A program made the position numbers and the translations under genes. Source: a virus. Taken from it: a DNA stretch of 64,000 nucleotides. The stretch is taken from positions 1 through 64,000 of IMG/VR virus record IMGVR_UViG_3300009149_000011; one strand, 5' to 3'. Each line of letters opens with the position of its first letter. Position 1 is the stretch's first letter. Of this stretch, positions 36,637 through 44,597 are shown piece after piece. The notes under the pieces were generated by a model. That model was not told the origin of the DNA and did not search any database. It saw nothing but the letters and a program-made list of their open reading frames with translations.

Positions 36637-37527
36637 TTATTTAAAATCGGATGTATATTCAGTTACATAACGCTGCCTCATTAAAGTTATTTCTCCATGG
36701 TCTGGGGATATTTTCTCCGCTCTTTTAAGGCAAGACATTGCATATATAGGTAAACCATTTTGATCAAAGAAATATGCAAACTTCAAAAACTCTAGAGGAG
36801 ATGTAACGTCCATAGTAGATTCGATTTGATCCATCTCTATAGATATAGGACCTTCTTTTTCCATTGAGATTAGTGAAAATGTAGATTGACTGCTGTTTTT
36901 TGGATTACCTTTCTCCGTAACTCTTATAATGTAATCGCTAAAGTAGCTTAAAAGCATGAAATTTATATCAACTACAGTTTCAGTCCCAAAAGCTTCAGCC
37001 ATCCAAAAGGTTTCATCAAATAAATTCAAAACTTCTACTTTATATAATTTAGATTTTTCTCCCGTCCAAGAAATTTCAAATGGTTTAGAATGCAATACTT
37101 TAAACTTCCCTGGAAGTATAAGCTTAACATCTCCCAACCCTCTAGATACGCTACCTGTTACATTTGAATTTGATTTAGAATCTTGCTTCTCCATATTATT
37201 TAAAACAAAAGACGCGTATTTAGATGAAAAGCTGGATTTACTTCCTTGTAATTTTTCTTCCAAATTACTTGATACGTATGTACCATCAGTTTTTAATTCT
37301 AAAGTTTTTCCTGAAGAATGCATTAACCCAACGTATGATCCGCTAGATAATTTTATCTTAGAATCTAACAATATTTTACTCCCACTCTTAAGTAAGACCC
37401 ATCCATTTCCATCATTACCTTGAACCACCCCCTTACTAGCTAGCACTTTAAACGTGTACGCCGTATCTTGTCCAAATACTGATAAAATGCTCATAAACAA
37501 CATTATGCATAGTAAAAATTTTTTCAT
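36637..37527 (-). CDS. secreted protein (FecR-like N-terminus, TPR-like C-terminus)
   Basis: Signal peptide; FKVLASKG...LMHSSGKTLELK. Confidence 0.6.
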   Translation of the reverse strand: MKKFLLCIMLFMSILSVFGQDTAYTFKVLASKGVVQGNDGNGWVLLKSGSKILLDSKIKLSSGSYVGLMHSSGKTLELKTDGTYVSSNLEEKLQGSKSSFSSKYASFVLNNMEKQDSKSNSNVTGSVSRGLGDVKLILPGKFKVLHSKPFEISWTGEKSKLYKVEVLNLFDETFWMAEAFGTETVVDINFMLLSYFSDYIIRVTEKGNPKNSSQSTFSLISMEKEGPISIEMDQIESTMDVTSPLEFLKFAYFFDQNGLPIYAMSCLKRAEKISPDHGEITLMRQRYVTEYTSDFK

Positions 37528-37601
37528 GTTCTTTTTTTTAAATTATCCTTTTGTAATAAATAACGATTCTTTTTAAGAATACCTAGTAAAACCCGATGTT
37601 T

Positions 37602-37808
37602 TTAACGCAAAAAAGCCAAAACATCTTGGGAATCATAATCTCTTCCTTTGTGCTTTGGCTTCTTATACTTTTTCTTTGACTCAACAATCTTGGATTGGAA
37701 TCTTCCGTCAAGAGCTCCTTGCTCTTTCAGGTCTCGGTGATGCTTAGACTTCTCAATTTGCATGAGCTTCTCTTTGCTGATCACCAAGGGTCTGTTTTTT
37801 CTAGACAT
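37602..37808 (-). CDS. small basic protein, ArfA-like ribosome rescue candidate
   Basis: GRFQSKIVESKKKYKKPKHKG; weak hairpin plus U6 before its stop. Confidence 0.5.
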   Translation of the reverse strand: MSRKNRPLVISKEKLMQIEKSKHHRDLKEQGALDGRFQSKIVESKKKYKKPKHKGRDYDSQDVLAFLR

Positions 37809-37871
37809 ATCGGTAACATTTAAATTAGTGGGGCATCCGATAAATCGAACACCATTAACCTATATAGGTTG

Positions 37872-38025
37872 TGGGATAGGTAGGATTCGAACCTCAACCT
37901 TACTTTTGGATATCACTAGTAATACTAAGAATCTGCGCAGACTTCCTTTCTCACAAAGATTGTTTTACACAGTCGTAAAACGCCTTGCTCGCCGCAAGGT
38001 GGGCTCACCAGCGCCCAGCTACCCC
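37872..38025 (-). ncRNA. oversized (154-nt) tRNA-like RNA with multiple hairpins in place of the anticodon arm
   Basis: GGGGTAG/CTATCCC-A acceptor, GGGC/GCCC D-arm, TTCGAAT T-loop; 3-4 internal hairpins. Confidence 0.65.
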
Positions 38026-38039
38026 ATGTAGCTTTATTG

Positions 38040-38120
38040 TGGGAGTAGCAGGGATCGAACCTGCACGTTGTTAAACCACGGAGTTACAGTCCGCTAAGCC
38101 ACCAGTTGCTCAATACTCCC
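38040..38120 (-). tRNA. tRNA-Tyr(GTA)
   Basis: CGGA CT GTA AC TCCG; long variable arm. Confidence 0.85.
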
Positions 38121-38121
38121 A

Positions 38122-38673
38122 TTAATTTTGTTTTGCTATAAAACTATCTCTGTATTTATTTACTCGCTCTGATATCAAATTTTTATATCTACTATGCATA
38201 TACATATGATGTGTAGGGCATAGTGGAATCAGATTATCTGGAGAGTTATTTTTTCTATCCTCATCATAATGATGAACATCTATAATTTTATCTTCTTCAC
38301 AAATAACACATTTTTTCTTATGATAATAAAAGCAAGTACTTCTATAAGCGTCATCTTTCCAATTAGGGTGATTAACTCCAGATCTATAATACGTATTAGC
38401 GCAAGAATGAGAACAGGTCACTTTTTCTTTAAGGCCTCCCAATCTTGTTTCAAATTTACCTAAACATATTGGACACTCTTTTTGGATTATGTCATATTTA
38501 ATATTTCTCTTAGATAACCCGCCATCAAAATGACTAACGTCCAACGAAAGGTCTTCAATCATTTTGGTGATTTTTCTTCGCCCTCCACCCCCAGTTACAT
38601 ATCCCATCTTTCTACATACATCGGATTTGCTTTTTGAACTTTTGACAGCTTCAATTAATTTTTCTTTATTCAT
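38122..38673 (-). CDS. HNH homing endonuclease
   Basis: CVICE...DVHHYD.DRKNN...NLIPLCPTHH. Confidence 0.88.
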   Translation of the reverse strand: MNKEKLIEAVKSSKSKSDVCRKMGYVTGGGGRRKITKMIEDLSLDVSHFDGGLSKRNIKYDIIQKECPICLGKFETRLGGLKEKVTCSHSCANTYYRSGVNHPNWKDDAYRSTCFYYHKKKCVICEEDKIIDVHHYDEDRKNNSPDNLIPLCPTHHMYMHSRYKNLISERVNKYRDSFIAKQN

Positions 38674-38762
38674 TATTTTTATTATAAATAATCAAATAAA
38701 AGTATACCACACATCTTTTGAATATGATTGTCCAAAAGTTGTAAGGTGTACCTAGTTTTATG

Positions 38763-38858
38763 TCAGGAGTGGGGGATTCGAACACCCGAACCACACTAAC
38801 TGTGCGCAGTTATCCGTGTCCAAAACGGATGCCTTAAACCTTACTCGATCAATTCCTG
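38763..38858 (-). tRNA. tRNA-Pro(TGG) with long variable arm
   Basis: TCCGT TT TGG AC ACGGA; extra arm AACTGCGCACAGTT; mismatched T-stem. Confidence 0.6.
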
Positions 38859-38896
38859 ATATCTCAAGGGAGTATACGCCTTACCCAAGAACTGCG

Positions 38897-38983
38897 TGGT
38901 GGGAGCGAGAGGGATCGAACCTCCTATCCATGCGGATTACCAGGGTTACAACCTGACGCCTAACCAATTTGTGCATCACTCCC
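38897..38983 (-). tRNA. tRNA-Tyr(GTA), CCA encoded
   Basis: CAGG TT GTA AC CCTG. Confidence 0.85.
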
Positions 38984-39003
38984 AATTTATGTGTCCTACT
39001 CCA

Positions 39004-39090
39004 AGAAGCAGACTGGACTCGAACCAGCGATCTTCGGCTTGGAATACGCAAATGCTTTTCCGACGCTCTATCCAACTGAGCTACAACCTC
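39004..39090 (-). tRNA. tRNA-like gene with ~15-nt insertion in the anticodon loop
   Basis: Normal D/T arms; TCGG[AAAAGCATTTGCGTA]TTCCAAGCCGA. Confidence 0.5.
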
Positions 39091-39285
39091 TCTTCAGACA
39101 CATACTTAATAGCTTCATCTACTTTATCAGATTGTTGCTTCCTTTCATTAAACTTTTACTTTCAGACCTGTCCAGCTCTTCCCTGGATCACAGTTTTTAA
39201 GGTCTAGCCTTTGCGTATGTTATCGTCCAGCTAATCGTTTAATTTCCAGAAACACTTCCCATCCATTTCCTTGAAGTGTTCGGTG

Positions 39286-39360
39286 TGGAGGATATCGGAG
39301 TCGAACCGATGACCTCTGCAGTGCAAGTGCAGCGCTCTAAGCCAGCTGAGCTAATCCCCC
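39286..39360 (-). tRNA. tRNA-Ala(TGC)
   Basis: G3:U70; CTGCA CT TGC AC TGCAG. Confidence 0.92.
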
Positions 39361-39418
39361 AAATATAATTCTATGCAGCTACTCTATAAGCTCTATGAAT
39401 TATTAACAGTCTCTCTCG

Positions 39419-39492
39419 TGGACACATACGGGCTTCGAACCCGTGACTCCTGGGTGCAAACCAAGTGTGATAGCCAACTTCACCAACGGCCC
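39419..39492 (-). tRNA. tRNA-Ala(TGC), divergent copy
   Basis: TGG TT TGC AC CCA; mismatched acceptor. Confidence 0.65.
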
Positions 39493-39503
39493 AAATATTA
39501 TTA

Positions 39504-39580
39504 TGGCGGTCCAGAAGGAATTCGAATCCTCAATCTCTCCCGTGACAGGGGAGCAACATGCGCCGATATGATGCTGGACC
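39504..39580 (-). tRNA. tRNA-Asp(GTC), CCA encoded
   Basis: CTCCC CT GTC AC GGGAG; G73. Confidence 0.82.
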
Positions 39581-39660
39581 ATGGTGGAGGGATTTTAGTT
39601 GACCTGCAGGATCAATTTAACTTTCACCACCCCCCGATGTGAATCACAATGAAAGTATTG

Positions 39661-39736
39661 CGGGATATACGGGATTCGAACCCGTGACCTTCTGCGTGAC
39701 AGGCAGACATCCTAAGCCAGACTAGACCAATACCCC
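39661..39736 (-). tRNA. tRNA-Asp(GTC)
   Basis: TCTGC CT GTC AC GCAGA; G73. Confidence 0.9.
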
Positions 39737-39742
39737 AATTAA

Positions 39743-39942
39743 AATTATCTATCCATTTCTAAGTGGAATATTTTCATTGACAAACGATCTGCTTTCACAG
39801 GCAATCCCTCAATATCTTACAATAAACAACGTCATCTTAGCATGACTATAAAACTTACCTAACGAACCTATCTCTGCCGCTCTAGGAGGTGTAGGGATTC
39901 AACCCACTTCATAGTTTTACTGCTTATCTTCAGTAGATAATT
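39743..39942 (-). ncRNA. candidate ~200-nt structured RNA between tRNAs
   Basis: Nested pairings AATTATCTA/TAGATAATT, AAGTGG/CCACTT, AATCCCT/AGGGATT, GTCAT/ATGAC. Confidence 0.45.
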
Positions 39943-39944
39943 AG

Positions 39945-40017
39945 CTCTCGCGCCTGGGCTTGAACCAGGGACCATCGGAGTAACAATCCGAAGCTCTACC
40001 AGCTGAGCTACACGAGA
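39945..40017 (-). tRNA. tRNA-Asn(GTT)
   Basis: TCGGA TT GTT AC TCCGA. Confidence 0.9.
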
Positions 40018-40019
40018 AT

Positions 40020-40585
40020 TTACACTTTAATGATTCCAGCATGTATCTCTCTATGACAATTAGAACACACTAAAATACATTTATCAAGTTCTTTTTTTAC
40101 TTTATCCCAAGAGTAACAATAACCTCTATGGCTTAAGGAAAAATCTTTTTCATTAGGATCAATGTGGTGAAACTCTAAAGCTCCGATATACTTGTCATAT
40201 CCACAACACTGACATTTTTCACCTTTATAATCCACGGCCATATCTTTAACTTTTCTCCTTCTTTTTTGTACAGCTTCGATTCCCCTCTTTCTTTTTTCTT
40301 CCAGAGAATAGGTTTTATTTTTTTCAGCTGAATATAATTTGTAACAGTACTCCTGCTAAATCCAAATTTTTCAGCCACTTTATTACTTGACCCACATTCA
40401 TCATAATACCTTTGCATATCAGAAATTGTATTTTCATCTATTCTTAAATCAGGAGCTCCAATACCAGCTTTTCTGCAATGATGAGAGACAGTGGATTTAG
40501 AACACCCTAATTCTTCGCTTATCTCTTTGTAAATCTTACCTTGTTTTCTTAGATCAATAATCTTACCTTTTAGAACACTTGTCAT
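40020..40585 (-). pseudogene. HTH-HTH-HNH homing endonuclease split by a frameshift near an A7 run (~40318-40324)
   Basis: HTH part (40175-40585) and CQCCGY...LEFHH...CSNCHREIH part (40020-40241) join if one A is added. Confidence 0.75.
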
Positions 40586-40642
40586 ATAAATTAATTTTTA
40601 TTGTTAATCTAAAAAGACGAAGGTCTAAAGTAAATAGTTTTG

Positions 40643-40716
40643 AGAATCATCTGAGACTCGAACTCAGATCTCTAAGTTTAACAAACTTGCATTTAAGCTA
40701 TTAAACTAAAAGTCCT
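40643..40716 (-). tRNA. degenerate tRNA-Asn(GTT)
   Basis: AAGT TT GTT AA ACTT; good T-arm, poor acceptor. Confidence 0.5.
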
Positions 40717-40722
40717 TTTTTG

Positions 40723-40896
40723 CTGTAGGAGAAGGATTCGAACCTTCAAGGTGCAGTTACCGATTAGACATTTTGCTTACTCTAAGTATTTTAATGCTTA
40801 GTGGTCAATCCATTATCTAACGTTTATCCCGTGATCACCGCCTTCGAGACAGGAAGGTGCGTTTGCCCAGACCGAAGTCCGTTTCGCCACCCTACA
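40723..40896 (-). ncRNA. oversized (174-nt) tRNA-Asp(GTC)-like RNA
   Basis: TGTAGGG/TCCTACA-G acceptor, CCTTC CT GTC TC GAAGG, GGAC-TTCG-GTCT hairpin in the D-loop, ~85-nt variable region. Confidence 0.7.
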
Positions 40897-40912
40897 ATTT
40901 GTTATTACCAAC

Positions 40913-40924
40913 ATGTCAAAGAAC
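40913..40924 (-). promoter_or_regulatory. boxA-like antitermination element GTTCTTTGACAT
   Basis: Also at 24859-24870, 25989-26000 and (variant) 24549-24560, all inside tRNA operons. Confidence 0.65.
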
Positions 40925-40949
40925 TGGAAGTAAACTTTTTTACTTCTCG

Positions 40950-41023
40950 TCGGAGCAGTAGGATTCGAACCTACGACCTCACCCCTCCAAAGGGCGTAAA
41001 CAACCTGACCGTTATCTACTCCG
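40950..41023 (-). tRNA. tRNA-Pro(TGG)
   Basis: CGGAGTA acceptor; CCC TT TGG AG GGG. Confidence 0.82.
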
Positions 41024-41035
41024 TTTTATTTAAAC

Positions 41036-41209
41036 ACAAAAAAACCCAAGCCTTTCGGACTTGGGTTTCTTTATATCTTTGGATTATATTCTGTTTTACC
41101 AGCTTATAATATCAAATATAACATCTCCAAGTCCTCGATTACGATCATAATCGGGATTGCCCGCGTTACACGGATAATTATTGGCGATATTTATATTTGC
41201 TCTTTTCAT
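41036..41209 (-). promoter_or_regulatory. transcription attenuator 2: leader MKRANINIANNYPCNAGNPDYDRNRGLGDVIFDIISW* (41096-41209), antiterminator and terminator
   Basis: Terminator CCCAAGTCC-GAAA-GGCTTGGG-U7; GGACTTGG (41127-41134) complements its 5' arm; upstream hairpin TCCCGATTAT-GATC-GTAATCGAGGA. Confidence 0.82.
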
Positions 41210-41489
41210 TTTCTTATTATTAAATAGTTAAGGTTTTTGTTTTTCCTAATTAACTATACGACAAACTTAGAGTTTTTGTTTCAATTTGTCAAGTATTATT
41301 ATGAAAAACTTTAAAAAAACTTTCATAATCTCTTATTATTGGCTAAAAACGCTATTTATTAGCGCATCATTATTACAGCCACTTCATTCATAATAATCAT
41401 AAACTTTATTCTTCTCTGCTTAATCTTGTGCTTCATCCTTATACACCTCATGTATATTGTAACATTTTTCATAACTCTTATAAAATAAG

Positions 41490-41547
41490 AAAAGGGGTTA
41501 GTAGCGAACTTTCCCCTTTTCAATGACCGAAGTCATAACGGTCCTAA
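41490..41547 (+). other. permuted mimic of 23S rRNA helix 69-71 sequence; doubles as minus-strand terminator
   Basis: GTAGCGAA in a hairpin loop, followed by GACCG-AAGTCATAA-CGGTC-CTAA. Confidence 0.55.
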
Positions 41548-41563
41548 TCCGTATGTTTTAACC

Positions 41564-42388
41564 TTAACTAGTAGGAAAGGTTGTTATAGTTTCATTATTT
41601 TTATCTATCACTAAAACTGGCATCTTATCGATCCCTAATTCTATAGCAGCATACGCTCTATGTCTACCATCGTGATCTACTACTTTATTATTATTCAAAT
41701 ATAATGTAGGAGGATCTATTTTCACACCTTTTTCCATCATATTTTTCAAGTCCTCTATATTATCTTTAGAATCTTCATCCTCAACATTCAATGCGGGGGA
41801 CAGTTTTAAAAACTTTTCTGGAGACATCATAAAAATCTTACCACCTCTTGCTTCATAGTCAGAGTCTCCATATTCTGGAGGCAAAGCAACTGGATATTGT
41901 GCAGAATTCTCTTTAACAGATAGTATTGGGTTAGATGTTTGAAAACCCTTTTTCCTCATCACCGTCTTGCTTACAAGGTCCATTTCTTGATTCTTCTCAT
42001 CCCATTCTAAAGCGAATGGAATATTAATGTCTGTAGATAAGCTTTTTATAACAGCTTGAAAGCTTGCTCCAGATTTATTGATGTCATCCTTATATTTAGA
42101 ATACACTTCCTTGAAGATAGCTCTTAGCTCGTCAATAGTGATATCCTTCTTGTTTCTAGGATCATTTACTCTATCTAAAAAATGTTTAGTAAACTCAATA
42201 TCAATTCCAGCTCCAGCAAAAAGAGCATCCAATTCTCTTTCTAAAGAATTTAGATGCTCACTTGTTATATAAGAATTGTAGGCGGGATCATCATGGGCAA
42301 TTTTTTTACCCATATCAACAGACCCTATCCTTGGTCGCTTTTCTAAAAAAAGTTTAACCTCTTCCTTAATTATGTCTATTAGTTTCAT
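41564..42388 (-). CDS. IIKEE-motif protein with HFLDRVND domain and C-terminal ParB/Srx-like domain
   Basis: MKLIDIIKEEVKLFLE; DHDGRHRAYAA. Confidence 0.7.
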   Translation of the reverse strand: MKLIDIIKEEVKLFLEKRPRIGSVDMGKKIAHDDPAYNSYITSEHLNSLERELDALFAGAGIDIEFTKHFLDRVNDPRNKKDITIDELRAIFKEVYSKYKDDINKSGASFQAVIKSLSTDINIPFALEWDEKNQEMDLVSKTVMRKKGFQTSNPILSVKENSAQYPVALPPEYGDSDYEARGGKIFMMSPEKFLKLSPALNVEDEDSKDNIEDLKNMMEKGVKIDPPTLYLNNNKVVDHDGRHRAYAAIELGIDKMPVLVIDKNNETITTFPTS

Positions 42389-42807
42389 ATCTTACCTAAA
42401 TATTTTTTTATTAAAACATTTTCTGGATTTGCTAAAAATTGTTCTGGAGTTTTTTTCCCAAACAACTCAAAGCTTTTTTTATACTTAGGATTAGTTAATA
42501 TGACTTCATATAAATGATTTGGCATATTTACACCCTCATCTTTGAAAATTCTTAACCACTCTTTAGGTGAATTTGATGCATATATATAATCTCCACTCCC
42601 GCCTCTTTCAGCGTTTTTTAGATCAGAATTTTGTTCATCCATGCTCTTTCCCAATTCTAAATCGGGAGCTGTTGACAAATGATAACTGTCAATAACTCCC
42701 TGATATAAAAATGTTCCTGGATAAATCTCTTTTAACTTGCTTTCAAAATCTTTATCAGATTCTAAGAACAGTTTAATTTCCTCTTGTATAATTTTTAAAA
42801 CATCCAC
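42385..42807 (-). CDS. IIQEE-motif protein, possibly ADP-ribosyltransferase-like
   Basis: MDVLKIIQEEIKLFLE; LYQG...IYAS...LYEV...E pattern. Confidence 0.55.
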   Translation of the reverse strand: MDVLKIIQEEIKLFLESDKDFESKLKEIYPGTFLYQGVIDSYHLSTAPDLELGKSMDEQNSDLKNAERGGSGDYIYASNSPKEWLRIFKDEGVNMPNHLYEVILTNPKYKKSFELFGKKTPEQFLANPENVLIKKYLGKI

Positions 42808-43872
42808 TTATGAATGCCAGTTTCTTTTAAGATCTGAAATGATTTCCTCTTTCTCTTCAGCAGATAGTCCATACCAATCGTCCCCAGCATATTCTAAACC
42901 TTCAGCTTCCCAGTCTACACCGTTCAATCCAGAAGTCTTAGCCCAAGCAATAGGATCTACCTCTTCGTCATTTTCTGATATGTTATTACTTTTTTCTTTA
43001 GTAATTTTATCTAAAACTTCAAACGCCTTACCTTTGTCACTGAAAGTTCCATGAGAATACTGTTCATAATATCCAGAGCCAGCCGATAACTCAAATATTT
43101 TATAGCTCCCGTCTTTTTCTCTAATTACATATCTGTGACCATCTGCGTCTGTAGCTTTTTTTATAACATCTTTAGGATATTCATCATTTTCAAAAATGTG
43201 CTCACCTTCAAAACTTTCTTTTAGCAAACCTGTTAGCTTCATCATTCTCTTATTAGAAGATTCATTCATGAAGTCTAAATCTTTAAAAAATAAAGATGAC
43301 TTAGGTCTATTTGCTATTTTTACATCAGATCTTTGTTTTAAAAGGCTTTGTAAAATTTCTTGTTCTTCCTCATCAAGAGAGATCATAGAGTCTCCTAAAG
43401 TAGGAATTTCTCCTTCATTTAGAGAAAAGGCTCCCATTGATTTTTTAGCCGCAGCCTTTTTAGCTAATATATTTTTAAGCTTTTGCAATTCTTCTTCATC
43501 AGACGGCAATCTAAGATTAGCTCTTTCTAGATCTCCAGATAAACTTTCTTCTTCTTCATCAGAAATATCATCCATAGGTTCTCCAAAATAATCTTCTATA
43601 TCTTGCGCTGCTGCAGACTTAGCTGTTGTTTTAAAATCAACGGCATCAAAGTCTTGATATTCATGAGGAACTTCGTCTTCATCAATATGCTGTATAGCTT
43701 CATCAATTTTTTGAACCTCTTTAGTTTTTTGAGCGATAGCTTCTTCAAGAAGCGCCTCTTTTACTAATTTCTTAAGTTCGCTTTTAGTTATTTTAAAATT
43801 TTGATCCTTCTCAAACGCTTCGTTTAGAGCTTTTTCGACCATTTTGCTTATTGGGGATTCTTCGTAGTTCAT
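42808..43872 (-). CDS. acidic protein with many (L/I/M)xE sites, putative internal head protein
   Basis: ITKSELKKLVKEALLEE; TATTTATA at 43888-43895. Confidence 0.6.
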   Translation of the reverse strand: MNYEESPISKMVEKALNEAFEKDQNFKITKSELKKLVKEALLEEAIAQKTKEVQKIDEAIQHIDEDEVPHEYQDFDAVDFKTTAKSAAAQDIEDYFGEPMDDISDEEEESLSGDLERANLRLPSDEEELQKLKNILAKKAAAKKSMGAFSLNEGEIPTLGDSMISLDEEEQEILQSLLKQRSDVKIANRPKSSLFFKDLDFMNESSNKRMMKLTGLLKESFEGEHIFENDEYPKDVIKKATDADGHRYVIREKDGSYKIFELSAGSGYYEQYSHGTFSDKGKAFEVLDKITKEKSNNISENDEEVDPIAWAKTSGLNGVDWEAEGLEYAGDDWYGLSAEEKEEIISDLKRNWHS

Positions 43873-43908
43873 CGAGTTAATATTTTATATAAATATATAG
43901 TAAAATAT

Positions 43909-44550
43909 CTATTTACACCATATCATACCCCAGTCGTTATTTTTCTTATCTAATGATTTTATAGACTCATATATAGAGTCGTAATCTTCTGTATATGATT
44001 CAGGTCTATTGAAGTAATCCTCCCGCCCCTTGTTACAAATATATACACCAAATTCTTTATACCCTAACTCGCTCAAGTGATCTAATATTTTCTTTACAAA
44101 ATAAACCCCTTCTTTATGCCACTCAAAACAAAGTTCAGGAGACTTTGTTTTTAACGATGAAATAGCTTCCCACTCATGCTCTTCAACGTCAACCTTTATA
44201 ATGTCTGGAACCCCATACTCTTCCACTAATGATTGGATAGTAACTGTGTCTACCTCAATTTCTTCTTCCCACTCTCCTATGTTAGAAAAAACTCCATTTA
44301 TAGAAAATCTTCCCATTTGCTGCCACGTTTTATTCACGGTTGACATTTCATGTTGAGAATAAACATATAGGGTTATCTTTTCACCATCAGTGTTAGACAC
44401 CGCTTTATTAATAACAGTTTGATTTGGTATATTATTTTTAAGCTCTTCTATAATTGCAGGGTTTGCCTCAACAGCAATTACATCATAACCTCTTTTAATA
44501 GCTGCTTTGGCATAATTACCAACATTTGCTCCGATATCTAAAAACTTCAT
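43909..44550 (-). CDS. FkbM family SAM methyltransferase
   Basis: FLDIGANVG, VEAN, IKVDVEEHE. Confidence 0.9.
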   Translation of the reverse strand: MKFLDIGANVGNYAKAAIKRGYDVIAVEANPAIIEELKNNIPNQTVINKAVSNTDGEKITLYVYSQHEMSTVNKTWQQMGRFSINGVFSNIGEWEEEIEVDTVTIQSLVEEYGVPDIIKVDVEEHEWEAISSLKTKSPELCFEWHKEGVYFVKKILDHLSELGYKEFGVYICNKGREDYFNRPESYTEDYDSIYESIKSLDKKNNDWGMIWCK

Positions 44551-44597
44551 AGGTAATTATAAACAAATTAATGCATACAATCAATATAGTTCAATGT

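Noticed and set aside
41490-41547. rRNA gene fragment or contamination
   Set aside because: Only two short blocks match, in swapped order and inside phage-specific hairpins. Kept as a mimic finding, not an rRNA feature.
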